Shown: in pieces, positions 1 to 12,373 of the stretch
Layout of the letters: the number at the start of each line of letters is the position of its first letter
Position numbering within the stretch: the first letter of the stretch is position 1
Assembly: GCA_021432655.1 (NCBI GenBank)
Contig: MU271404.1
Span: forward strand, 17,900 to 72,997
Origin: Atractiella rhizophila
Taxonomy: Eukaryota
Length of the DNA stretch: 55,098 nucleotides
Direction of reading: 5' to 3'
Notes under the pieces: model-generated
What the model was told of the DNA's origin: nothing
Databases searched by the model: none
The model's input: the letters and a program-made list of their open reading frames with translations, nothing else
Translations under genes and position numbers: made by a program

Positions 1-3000
1 GCAAATACAAGTGCGAGGGAGCTGAGAGTCTATCACGGACAGTTGAGAATTCTGTTTCGTAACCTGGCGAACAGCGTACCTTTTCGCCACCAGAAAGGTT
101 GGCAATGTTCTTCCAACTTTTCTTCGGCGGCATGACACTGAAGATGATACCTTCGGAGAAAGGGTCCAGGCTGTCGACAAGCTCGAGTTCGGCATTTCCA
201 CCAAGAGTGATCATCTGGTACATCTCTTTCAACCTCATGGATATTACTGAAAAGCCGTCCATGAATTCGGTCAATCGTTTGTTTCGGAGGCTGTCGTACT
301 CCCTTTTCGCATCCTCCCACTTCTGCTTAATGTCGCTCAGGTCTTTGGCACGGGCCAGGAATTCTCTCTCCCGTTTCTGATACTCCTTGAGGATGTTGAG
401 ATTTGGGGTTGCACGAGATATCCGGTCTGCAAATTCATCAACGATGTCAATGGCGGAAGATCAGCTAACCTTCGAGTCCAGCTATGATACCGTTCAAGTT
501 GTTCGCATCGAACTCTTCCAACTCTTCTTCTGTGTATTCTTTCAGCTCGAACTCGTCTTCTATCCGTGAATTATCCGCCGGAGCTTCTTCGTCCGCATCA
601 GATCTTTGCTCTTTCTCCTTCCCCTCTTCTTTCTTCGCCTCGTCGTCGTCATCACTATTGACTACTGAGCAAAAATTCGGGAAAGGGAGTGCACCTACTC
701 ATCAAACTGATGGAGCTTCAAGGCGTCCAGCTCCTCTTGACACTGCTCCAGAGTCTGTTGATGATTCTTCAACTCCTCTTGGTGCTTCTGAAGGACAGCT
801 TGTAACTTCAGCTGAACGATAATCCTTAGCCAGAGCAAAGCAGAATAAAACAGTCATACCTCTTTTTCCCTGAACTTATTCATTTTTTCCTGTCTATCTG
901 TCAGCGTCTTTTTCATCTCCGCCAATTCTTCCTTCTTCTCCTCCAGTTGTTCTTTGGCTTGATCGACGATAGTTCTGATCTTCTTTGAGGCTTGACTCTT
1001 TTCCACCAACGACTTCTCCACGACCTTCAAGTCAGCTTCGAGATCCTCCAGCTCCACTTTACTCTTTTCAATTGAGTTCGAGAACTTTGCAGCATCCTTC
1101 TCCGCCTTTGTCTTGCCCACTTCCGCTTTTGTTAGTTTCTCGTTCGCTAGGTCAATCGTCGCTCGTAAATCTTTGACTTTCGCTTGAGCTGAGCGAAGCT
1201 TCTCGCCACCCATCTCAAGGATCTTCTCTTCAAGGTCCTTGATCTTTGTCCGAATATTTTCGGACTGATCATTGAGCAGCTCGAGTTCTTTATCCAAAGA
1301 CCGGATAGATTTCTCGAGGTCAGCGATCCGTTTGGTGTCGCCCGCATCGGGTTTAATGCGTTGCCTGATCATCCTGGTCAACATGATGTGCAGTAGGACG
1401 GGACGACCGACTTGAGCTCAACGATTCTCTTCTGCACCTCCTCCACTCTATGAGAAGATGTTCTCATCGCCATCTCAAGCTTCTCTAACTCGACATCAAT
1501 CTCCTGTTCTCGCTTCTTTGACGCATCACAAGGATCTTCTCTTCAAGGTCCTTGATCTTTGTCCGAATATTTTCGGACTGATCATTGAGCAGCTCGAGTT
1601 CTTTATCCAAAGACCGGATAGATTTCTCGAGGTCAGCGATCCGTTTGGTGTCGCCCGCATCGGGTTTAATGCGTTGCCTGATCATCCTGGTCAACATGAT
1701 GTGCAGTAGGACGGGACGACCGACTTGAGCTCAACGATTCTCTTCTGCACCTCCTCCACTCTATGAGAAGATGTTCTCATCGCCATCTCAAGCTTCTCTA
1801 ACTCGACATCAATCTCCTGTTCTCGCTTCTTTGACGCATCCAGCCGTCTCTCGATCGCTTTCCCCTCCTCGAAAGCCTTTTTCCAAGCCTCTTCCGCGTC
1901 GTCCTTCTCCTTATCTAATCTGTCAACAACTGCAGGAGAAACCTCGTCAGCTGCAAACTTTGAGCTCATCGCTCCTCTGTTCACTCTTGTTCCACCACCA
2001 GACATAGTTCCGGACGTATCAATGAGCTTTCCGTCGAGTGTGACAACCCTCCAACGTTGAGCTCCGAACGCTATTCGATTCGCTTGTTCGAGATCTTTGG
2101 CCACAAGCGTGTTTTGCATGATATGGTAGAACGCAGGAGCTAGCTTGGAATCTTTCGGGGTGACAAGATCGAAAAGTCGTGGTGCATTTTCGGGAGTCTG
2201 AATTGGTCCTAAATTGCGCTGAGGAAGTTTATTCAGACAAATGAGTACAAATGAGTACTGCGCGGCCTAGATCGTTCCGCCTGATGTGGTCGAGGCATGC
2301 CTGTCCAATTTCGACTGTATCGACGACAAGATTATCGAGCCCAGGACAAGCGGTGGAAACAGCAACGTCATACTTGTCGTCGATCCTTCCAAGATGCCCC
2401 AAACGTCCCTATTGTGCTGTTCAGTATGTCCCTCCAAACCAGGGTAAGAAGACAAACGTGGAATCCGTCCAATCGACCTTGATCCCTTAGCTTGGTCAAG
2501 CTGCTGAGCACATCCCCCCGGCTCCGATTCTGTGCTTGGGACGCTCTCGCCTCATCCGCTTTCTGTCTCGCAGCACTCAATGCCTTCTTGAGTCCATCAT
2601 CCTGAGACTGAATCTTCTTAAGACGATTCTCATCAGCCTTGATCTCGCTCTTAATTTGAACCTTTTCTTCGCGTAGCCGATTGAACTCTTCAGTCTGATC
2701 TAGCCCATGAATAGCTGATTGTGTGTGGACCAGAGGGAGTACTGACCTTAGCGTTATTATCCCTCTTCACATCTTCCAATCCCGCTTCAGCTTCTTCAAG
2801 TTCATTCTTCGCCTTAACCGCCTTTTCATTCAACAGTTTCTTCTCCCCTTCTGCAAGATCGATTGCTTGTTTCTTGGAGAGGATCTTTGCCTGCCACGGT
2901 TGAAGTTCCTTTTGGAGCTTCTCGATTTGCGAGGTCAAACCAGCCGTTTTGTCTGTCGCGGTACTCATGAGCTTGAGATTAATGGCAAGAATAAGGCGAA

Positions 3001-5587
3001 CCTTTGAGAGATTCCCGAATTTTGTCTAACTCTGTTTCCTCCTTCTCCAAATTTACTTCATACCGCTCGACGTCCTTGGAAGCCTTCTCAATCTCTTCTG
3101 CGTGGTTTTTGACCCAGCTCAGCGCTTCCGATTTCTGATGCCCTTCCTGCGATTAATGCATTCTTCAGTCCGTCAACTCGGAGCTATGAAGGCAAACATA
3201 CTTCCGAGATGGTCTTCTTGAGTTTCTTCACTTTGTTCCCTACATGCCTCTTCTTCTCCTCAAGCTGCGCTTCTTCTTTCTCGTAGCCTCCGAGCTCCTT
3301 TGTTAACCCAGAGACTTCTTTCTCCGCAGCCTGCACAGGTTTTCATCCATCAGCAATCACAAAGGAGAACAATAGTGGAGAGGAGACGCACATCGTAAGT
3401 TTCCTTCGTTTCTTCGTACTCCTTCTGCATGGCCTCCAACTCATCTCTACTCCCCTTCTGTCTTTCCACCTCCCTATCCAAAGCTTCCTTTGCTTCAGCC
3501 TTTCAAAACAACACATCAACAGCCATGCAGCAGAGATACAAAGCGTGGACTCACGACTTTGGCTTTCTCTACTTCTATGTAGGCCCGCGCTGCATGCCTA
3601 TATACCTGATTCACCTTGTTCTTCGTCACGGTCAGCCGGTTTTCCAAGCGTAAGAATTCCTCAGCCGCCTTCTTTCCCGCCTATTCCACCATCATACAAA
3701 CAATCGATCAATGCTCATACACGCTGGAGGGCACAAACCTCGAGGCGGGACTTCTCCTTCTCCACGTTCTTAACCTTTCCCATGATTTCGCCTCTATCTT
3801 CATTTAAGGCGTCAGCGCGAGCTAGCGCTTCTTCCAAAGGTTCTTTGTACCTTAAACCACAGTCATCAGTTGAGATAGTGTGAAGGATGAATGAGCAGAC
3901 TTCGTGGTCCCAATTATATCCTCCAAATACTCAAGGAGGCCTTCATCGTGTTCTCCCGTCCCCTTGGGTTTCATCAAGGCGATACTTTCGACTTCTCCCT
4001 GAAATAGACGATCAATACATGAATACCCTTCATCTTGAAGGAGACCAGCCGAACCTGGAGGATCAAGAATCGTTTATGGTCTAAATCGATACCTTTGGCC
4101 TTCAAAAGCTTTTGCACTTCTCCAAAGGAGCTAGGCTTGCCATTCACTTCGTATTTCGATTTGTTGTCCTTAAATGCTGTCCGAGAGACAATGAGTTCTG
4201 AGCCAGGGATGTCTTCGAAATCGTCTGCTCCAGGCTATCCCAGTTCCAAGTACCATTGAGACAATCTCAAAGCCGTCAGATAAAGATGGAACATACTAGA
4301 TCCTTTATCTCCTTAAACCAAACTTCGACTGAACAAGAGTTCTCTCTCTTCCCGGATGAGTTGTGAATCAACTCTCCCAACTTCCCTTGACGCATTTTCG
4401 TCGCCTTGAATCCAAACACAAAAAGCAGTGCATCAATAGTATTGCTCTTCCCACTCCCATTGGGTCCAACGATGGCAGAAAAGCTCTACTCGCATACAAG
4501 ATTGTCAGTCCAGGTGAGAAAGGGTTGGAAAAGGAGGAAGCACCTTATGGAATGGGCCAATTTCCTGACGCCCTTTATATGACTTGAAGTTGACCAGGAC
4601 GATCTTATCAATCACCAGGCGAGATTTGTCCCCTTCTTCCTCCTGCAGGACCTGCGAGAGTGAGAAATCTCCTCGCAGCAGAGCTTCTCGCCTTTCAGCA
4701 CCGGGAGCGCGTTTAATCGTCTGCGTTTGAGACTGCGAACTTTGGGGAGATTTCGAAGGCGTTGTGGTTTCGCGAACTTCAGGTGCACGCTTGATTATCG
4801 ATGGAACCTTAAGCAGAGATTGCTCGACAGCGGATTCGTCAGAGGCAGTAGATTCGGCTTCTTCTTCTTCCTCCTCTTCTTGCAACGACTGATCAACTTT
4901 CCCGCGGACGGTAGCCTTTTCGCCTTCATCTTCATCGTCCTCTTCCGACCCAGAGGGAGAGACGGGTGCAGCTTTCGTTGGTTTGGACGATCGAGTTGAC
5001 GCGCGTTTAGCTTTGGGGGGAGATAGTGCTTCCTCCTCTTCGCTCGTTGGCGCTTTTGGCTTTTTCGATCCCATTGACTTGGGTGCAGGTCGTCGAGACT
5101 TTGCTAATGGCTTCTCTTCTTCTTCTTCTTCCTCTTCCTCTTCCTCTTCTTCCTCTGTCTCATCATCGTCTTCTTCCGAATCTTCTTCCTCAGTGGACGG
5201 CGCTTTTGCTTTCGAAGATCTCGCAGGCGTGCGTTTAGGCTTTACTGGAGGCTCATCCTCCTCCTCTTCGCTCTCACTCTCACTCTCCTCTTTCTTTCTC
5301 CCTTTGGAAGCTCTCGTTGACCTTCTCGGTTTTGTGTCAACTTCTTCCTCCTCACCGTCGCTCTCGCTCTCAACCACGGCCTTCCTCTTCGAAGTCCTCG
5401 CTCCAGCCCCAGCTCTCTTTGCATTCATGGCGCTCACCTCTTCGACTCCCGCCGTAGCTTCCTTCTTAGTAGCCTTCCCCTCCCCAGTTTCTTTAGAACT
5501 GCTATTGCCCGGTGCTTTTGCGCCATTCACTTGGGAGGATAACACTGAGGCTGCCGTCGTCGTTCGTGTTGATCGACGCGGAGGCAT
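1..5587 (-). CDS. SMC4: Condensin subunit SMC4 (multi-exon; 3' end runs off the window start)
   Basis: ATG at 5587; after a long low-complexity N-terminus come 'LVIDKIVLVNFKSYKGRQEIGPFHK' and Walker A 'IVGPNGSGKSN' (~4440-4472); hinge 'RWRVVTLDGKLIDTSGTMSGGG' (~2000-2060); coiled coils; C-terminal 'FSEGIIFSVMPPKKSWKNIANLSGGEK' (~80-160), typical of SMC4. Confidence 0.96.
1216..1840. repeat. 313-bp-period tandem duplication inside SMC4 (1216-1527 and 1529-1840)
   Basis: Copies appear identical by eye; the ORF track repeats the same peptides at an offset of 313 (1384/1697, 1458/1771); a single A at 1528 separates them. Confidence 0.95.
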
Positions 5588-5692
5588 GTTGTTTGGGCGG
5601 GGATTAGAGGAACTGTTGGCGTAGATATGTTCTGTAAGTGGTACACGATAAAATATTTAGATGAGAAAGGGCGAAAAGGCAGGTAATTGAGG

Positions 5693-5698
5693 ACGCGT
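5693..5698. promoter_or_regulatory. MCB-like element (ACGCGT) upstream of SMC4
   Basis: ACGCGT ~105 bp upstream of the SMC4 ATG (minus-strand context GCGAAACGCGT); MCB boxes are established in fungal cell-cycle gene promoters, but a single hexamer is weak evidence. Confidence 0.3.
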
Positions 5699-6174
5699 TT
5701 CGCTGATTTGAAGGGTCAGGTGATCGGATCTGCACAACAACCAACCCACTATGTTTATTTCTCTGTCAGCGTTTATCTGCCTTTGGAGTTCTCTCAGAGC
5801 GGTGAGCATGATGAGATCAGGGAGAAAATTGAGCTGAAAAGCGTATAACTGGCGATAAATCAAGTTCGTGTTTCGAATTCCATGAAGAATGCAGTTGTTG
5901 GTTGTGCCGTTTCTTTCTCTCTTGATGATGGCCATGTCATTCCATATTCACGAACTTGAGTACATCTGACTTGAGTACCCCTGACTTTGAGGGATGCTCG
6001 TACCCACGAGTTCAAGTGGAGTGCGCTAGTTAGCTCGTCAAATTAAATAGTTCACGTTTTTGCAGGTTACGTTCGTGTTCTGCAGATGACATGATACATC
6101 GAAGAATGTAGAGCAACCCGCGTATATGCACAAACTGAAGCAATGACTGAAAGCAGTACGAAACGACCTAACCC

Positions 6175-8512
6175 TCAGGAAGAGAGTTGAAAAATGCTAG
6201 TCAAGGTATGCTGAAACAATTCTGGTGCATCTGAGTCTGCATTGGTCAGGAAGCCGACAGTTTGCGAATTCGAATTCGCCTGGTCCTCTTCTAATAGCGC
6301 CGTGAGCTCGATCGCCCAAATCGCATATCCAGATTTGAAGAAGGATGCAGCTTTCAAGGCCTCGATTATCCTAAGGTTATTGTTTTCCTCAGTCATTTAT
6401 AGATCCAAGTTATTCCAGAGGATGATGACAAACCAGAATAGATTTTGCCGTCGATCAATTGTTGGATCGAAAGCAACGTTGGTAAGGTACTTGGAGAAGT
6501 AGCAGGGATCTTCAGCCATCAGCGGTGTGATGGTCCAGCAAATTTTGTAGAGGAATCGAGCGTCAAAGTCATTAGCAAGGAGAGTTCGACCCTAAACCGT
6601 GCTCCAGAAATCAATTACGAGTGATAAAGACGGCTGAGACACGCACAAAGACAAGGTCTCTACACCACGTAGAAAGGAGGGAGATCATGATATCCACTTC
6701 CTGTTCATAATACATCACAGTCTTCAGCATTGCTTCTTCCAGCTTTTCGTCAAGCTTCTCCACACATCTTTGAAGCTTCGAATAGCAACTAAAGAGATGA
6801 TGAGGATACTCGATTATCTGTCTCAGAAAGGTACGCTTAATTGTACACAAATCCGAAAAGAAAGTGGGAAATACCTCGTTGTGTTTCCAAGCCACAAGAT
6901 CAACCAACCTTCGAGGGGACGGTTCCTTATTGATATTGAGTTTATTCCGAGCTTCCCTTTGCGTAGCCAGCCACTGTTGTCTGGCCTTCGACGTTTTCAG
7001 TGCTTCGTCAAAAAGGCGTGCGGATGTCTGCTGATCCGGCGCTTGCATGGCGTGGTAGGTTAAGTCAGCAGAGGTACGACCAAAGGCAGCGACGGAGATG
7101 TCGAGGAACTCGTCGCTAGCTAACGCTTCGGCTGTTGGCTGGACTGTGCAGAGGAGGGGCACGGCGGAGAGGTAGTAAGGTGCCTCGAACGAGCAGTGTT
7201 TAAACATTGAGGTACGGAGTTCGTCGTCAGATCTGCCATCGTATCCAGATGAACTTCGTTCAGATAGAAGCGGATGGAGAGCTGAACTCACATCGTTACT
7301 TGTGTGTTATAATGTTTTGCGAGCACGACGTCGCAAATAACAATAACCCTTCCCAACATTGATCGTACCGACTCCTTATAGCTTTCTCTAATATCCGGTG
7401 TCTGCATGATCATCCTATACATCGCCAAAGCCTCCTTGAACAACATCTGGGCTTCCTTAGCTCTGACCTGTCCTTCATCGGTGTAAGAGCGCATGAAAAG
7501 GAGAGTACATTCGAGTATTATAGTAGCTGTTTCGACAGAAGGATGCCGGAAGATCTCGAGCTCAGTACAGAGCTTCCAAACCCGATCGGTGAGGGATTGA
7601 ACTGCTCGTTCTCGTTGACGTGCATAGGTCGACATGTCGCCAATCAGAGATGGATTTGACGGAGCTTTCATCTTCAGTATTGCAGGGTGTGTGCTAACTC
7701 TGACACCATCTGCAATGAGGACTGAAATCAGGAGCTATACGAAGACAAGTATTAACTTCCCTTATGTTGCAAGAAAACATGGAGTACGCACAGGTCCCCA
7801 CCTCCCCATATTTCGTGGATCTCGACCTTTGGAATGGAATTCACGGACAGGATCAATGTCGAGCACTTCTGTTGTGACTTTCCTCGGAGAATATCTGAAT
7901 GCGCCTGAATGAGAGTGGTCACCATCAGCACACGATGTGCAGGAAGTAAGAAAAAACATACATTCGAGAAGGTGCACAGTAAGTTCTGCCTGCAATTCTG
8001 CCGCGAATAGGTCTTTCCCGACTCGCGTTTGTGGAACAGGGGTCGCAGGAACAAGCGCTGCGACAGTCGTTCGTTCACTATGTCCTACTTCAGTAAGGGA
8101 CCGACAAGTAGAATAAACGACGTGCCCAACTTCTTTCCCATTTAACTTCTTTTTCTTCCGCGGCGTGAACACACATCTAAATCATTCTCTCTCAGCAACT
8201 AACTGGAGTGCATCCAAGCTAGGAAAGCTCACTCGACTCCTTTTAAATTACAAGCTTCACATTCTGGTTTCTCCTTGTCAGGTAACCGCATGCATTTTCT
8301 CTTTATGCTCCTGCAGAAATCACCTATGCAGGCAACAACTTCGTTAGCAGCTGGATTTTGGAGCAGCGGAATGATGAATCATTCGCATTGACCAAAGACG
8401 TACAGGCATAGATCAGTGTTGCGTGCTCTTTCTTCCTCTTTTGAGGAAGTGCCGTGGCTGATTCTCGCTCAGAGGGCGATTCTGATGTCCCTATGCTTTC
8501 TGCTGTACCCAT
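6175..8512 (-). CDS. Zn(II)2Cys6 fungal transcription factor (paralog 1), multi-exon
   Basis: Splicing by eye gives 'KRKKEHATLIYACDFCRSIKRKCMRLPDKEKPECEACNLKGVECVFTPRKKKK' (C-x2-C-x6-C-x10-C-x2-C-x6-C); downstream helical exons in ORFs 7288-7671, 6611-7291 and 6175-6396. Confidence 0.88.
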
Positions 8513-8744
8513 CTATGCTTACTTCCGGTCACAGTCACTTCAAGGTTGGTGGTCAAGTATTTCGTCAACAAATCCGCCCGACATTATACTCCTGCTTGTA
8601 CTTCTGTGTTTCTGCCGTCCTGCTTACGAGGGCCGGCTGACGAGAAAAGCTGGATTGGAATCGACTTCTCATCTCCTTTTGACCAACGATTCTGACGCTT
8701 CAAACCATTTACGGCCCGTCTTAGTTTTGTCGACCCGCGGACTC

Positions 8745-10449
8745 ATGTCTCTTCTGGAAACGAGCTGGCGAGAACATGAAGGAGAGGAAGAGGTGCGTGT
8801 TATTTAATCTCCCAACTTGGAGCAATCATCTCTGAAACTGTTGCTGCTTTGGGGAAGGCTTCTGATGAAGAACTTGAGGATACAACCGCTGCTTCAATCG
8901 ACAAGGGTAAGGGAAAGCCAGGAGGAGGAAAGAACGCAAAGGAGTCATCTAAGTTTGTCCTCCCCTCGGTCGCTGTGCGTTTCTAGTGTGCTGATTTTCC
9001 AGCTGTTCCACAGAAACGTCGAAGCACGCAAAGTCCAAAATCGTATCGCCCAACGCGAATTCCGTCAGCGAAAGCAACAGTACATTCGTGATCTGGAGGC
9101 GAAAGTTGAGCTGCTTTCCTCGAACAAAGAGGATCAAGTGGAACAGCTACGAGCTGGCGTGAAAGCGGTATTGGAAGAGAACAAGCAACTTCGCCAACTT
9201 CTCAAAGGTCTAGCAGCATTCATAGGCGGCGGTCTCCCTGCGCGTATCGGGGAGCTTGGATTATCGGAGGAGCAGATGAACGAACTCCTTTCTCGTCCAG
9301 ATGACCTCTACGCCCGCCAGGCCGTCAACGAAGTGAGGTTGGCAAAAGGGATGAAACCCATTGAGACACATGCAAGTTGTCAGCCTGTGGATCCGAATCT
9401 GCGACCGAACAAGAGGAAACGATACAGTGTGATGCAACCGGGCGAGACAGAGTGCCTCAACGGCACATCTCCCAGTGGATCGACGAGCTCTGGTGGGCCA
9501 CAAAAGAAGGACTCTCCCGCTGCCAATGGGAATGGCATCACCACTAATGGAAATAATCTATACGCCGCTAGACCAATTGTCCCGAATGGCTATCCCACAG
9601 TTCCTCTCGCCAACTCTGCTTTGATCCCGAAAGGTTCGAATGTACCGAACCCTCCTCCTCCGAGCACCAATGCCCTCTCCTGGGATACGGACGGACCAAA
9701 GTTTCCGGACGTCCAACCGCTCTATAGGATTTGCACCGATTCGCCAAAGTTCGTTCGACGCTTCCACTGCTTCTCGGGGCAGGATGCTAATGAGAAGAAT
9801 ATCAGATTGCAAGCTATGCAGCTCATTTCTTACCATCTTCAAAACAAAAGAAACAATCCTGATTGTTCGTATTCTCAATATCCTGGTACAGTCCTGCAAC
9901 CTGAGGTTTCGTCTATGCAGATGTCCTACCGCCTTGTTTCACTCCCACGCAGCTGCAGCTAACGGTTCCCCGTGCGTGCAACATACTTGACCGATGAAGC
10001 GTAAGACTAAGACAGAATGTATAGATGACTCCTTCATCGACGGCATCATTTGGAGAGACCTTCGAGATCGACTGATAATTTACCAACAGGAAGGCAACTC
10101 GATGACAGATCTTTTTTCGATGCTCGTGGAGAACTTCCAAGTTCATCGAGAGGACATTCTTGACCCAGCTAGCTGGGAACTCACTGAGGTGTGTGCATCG
10201 GTGTACTTTGATTTGAGCTGAAACGGATAACAGCCCTTTCTTAAGAAGTACTACTATATGATCGACCAGCCTCTACTTGATATTTGCAATTGTTGGAGAA
10301 AGGATAGGGGAGAGCCAGTGCTGGAGCTGTCGGACTTAGTGCCGTCTGAAACTGAAGGGGATGCATCAATGGACAGCGTCGGTGCCAATGGTCTCAGTGG
10401 ACAGACCCCAGCTGCCCAGTTATTCCCTGCGCCAGGCGACTTGCTTTAA
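8745..10449 (+). CDS. bZIP transcription factor with DUF3425-like C-terminal domain
   Basis: Basic region and zipper 'RKVQNRIAQREFRQRKQQYIRDLEAKVELL...LEENKQLRQLL'; C-terminal 'DSFIDGIIWRDLRDRLI...WELTE...ICNCWRKDRGEP' resembles DUF3425; ATG at 8745, stop at 10449. Confidence 0.85.
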
Positions 10450-10741
10450 CAGTCCATCGATGGCAAAGGACATGGTCAATTCCTCGTCATCTTTTGCTCA
10501 AAGTAATTGGTGTATTTTCTCAAGTATCATTTCGTGATTCTCTGGGACTTCATTTGCATGTAACTGTATTTTATACTGGATTGAAGAATTGATAATGTGA
10601 TACATTGATTTCATCGCAGCAGACGCAAACTATTGAACCCTACCCCTAAGTGAATTTCTGAGCAAAGCCACAAAAACTTGAAGAAAACGAAAACGAGGAG
10701 GTCCTTTTCATCTTGAAGGCCCCATCCATCCAAACGATAGG

Positions 10742-11991
10742 ATGTCGTTCACAAGCCGAAATCCGTTCGCCTTGCTAGATGGTGCGTTGCCCTTCTCATC
10801 GAATGAAAATTCTGATTGAGATCTGTGCCGCTTTTGTTTGGGATTTGGTGACGTTAGACGACGCGGATGCTCCAGCTACAGCACCCGCGCCGGCTAAGAA
10901 AGCTCCTGAGCCCGTAGCTCAAACACAGAAGAAAAATGAGAGGAAACCAAGGAACGAATATCCGAGTAGGGGTGGACCTAGGAACGTTTTCAAAGTGGAG
11001 GAACGGAGTGGAAATGATAAAAATGACGACAGCGGAGCGGACAACGAAGGTGTGCCTGTTCCTTCTGCTACAGTTCGCAACCGGGTTCATGTGATCGGGT
11101 GCAACGTCTGAAGGTGCGAGGGGTGGCCGCGGGAGGGGAAGGGGTGGACGCGGACGTGGGGAAGGAAGAGGGCGAGGTGAACCACGCGGGCGAGGTGGTC
11201 TGAGAAAACACAACAACCAAAGGGACTTCGATAAACCGAGCCATAGCGGTACATTGCCGTACGCCTCCAACTCGTTCTTCGCTTCCCCGTCGCCGTCGTT
11301 GCTGATTATTTTCAAATGGGTTCAGTGACTCTGATAAGAAGGAGCATCAAGGCTGGGGCGGTGATGACGCTCAACGAGAACTTGAAGCTGAATTTGCTGG
11401 TGCCAAAGATGCCAAATCCGCTGCCGATGAATCTCCTGCTTCTGAAGGTGCCGCTGCAGATGGAAATACCGAGACTCCCGTTAATAGTGATGCGACCGCT
11501 CCTGCCGAAGAGAGACCGCCAACTCCTGAAGATGCCAGCAAGACCTACGATGAATATCTAGCGCAACGAAACAAGGCACCCATCGTCGAATTACCGGAAC
11601 TTAGAAAGGCTAATGAGGGGACGGACAACATTTTCCAAGGTGCTACTGTTCTCGAAAAGAAGGGTACTGGAGAGGAAGAAGATCTTTTTGGACTGGCTAA
11701 GGTTCGTTCGATCTCATCTATTGACAGCCTACTTACGCAATGCTGGTGCAGAATAAAGGAGGACGTCAGCGAGCAAAGAAGGAAGGCAAGACCTTTATTG
11801 AAGTTGAGACGACCTTTGCTCCACCTGAACGCGGATTCAAGGACGGTCGGGGAAGGGGAAGGGGAAGAGGTGAGGCAAGGGGAAGGGGAAGGGGAGGCAG
11901 GGGTAGGGGTGGAGGAGAGGCTGGGGGCAGGCGAGACAACCAACAAGGCATCAATGTGGACGACAGCGAAGCGTTCCCTAGCCTTGGTTGA
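10742..11991 (+). CDS. STM1: Stm1/SERBP1-like (HABP4_PAI-RBP1) RGG ribosome/RNA-binding protein
   Basis: N-terminus 'MSFTSRNPFALLD', 'RDFDKPSHSG', 'GWG', 'KTYDEYLAQR', two RGG tracts and C-terminal 'INVDDSEAFPSLG*'. Confidence 0.88.
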
Positions 11992-12373
11992 GCGAGAAAC
12001 TCAAAAGTTGGCAATATGCTGACCTTTACCAAAACCATTATTAAACAATCGACCCGTTCCTCTACGCTCCTTATCCATTCACGAAGTGCTCATAGCCTAT
12101 TACCCCTCTCACTGACGCCTCGTCGATTTCTGGTGACGATTGCTTTTGGCTCATTCCACTTGTTTGTGTTTCGTTGACATGCAAATGTTCTTATGTGATT
12201 ATATTGGACTCTCAATGACCCATCACCTCACCTCATTTCACCGTTCCCGATCATTTTGTTTTGAATTCTTCCTTCCATCATGCATTTGAGCTCTGACGGT
12301 AGGTATACACGGAGTAAACTCAATCTTGCTCTCGTAGAAAGCTTTGCCTACCACAGTGTAGAACCCTGCAGTC

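Noticed and set aside
4983..5624. 213-aa Ser-rich plus-strand ORF
   Set aside because: Antisense shadow of the Glu-rich SMC4 N-terminus (GAA/GAG codons read as TTC/CTC/TCT).
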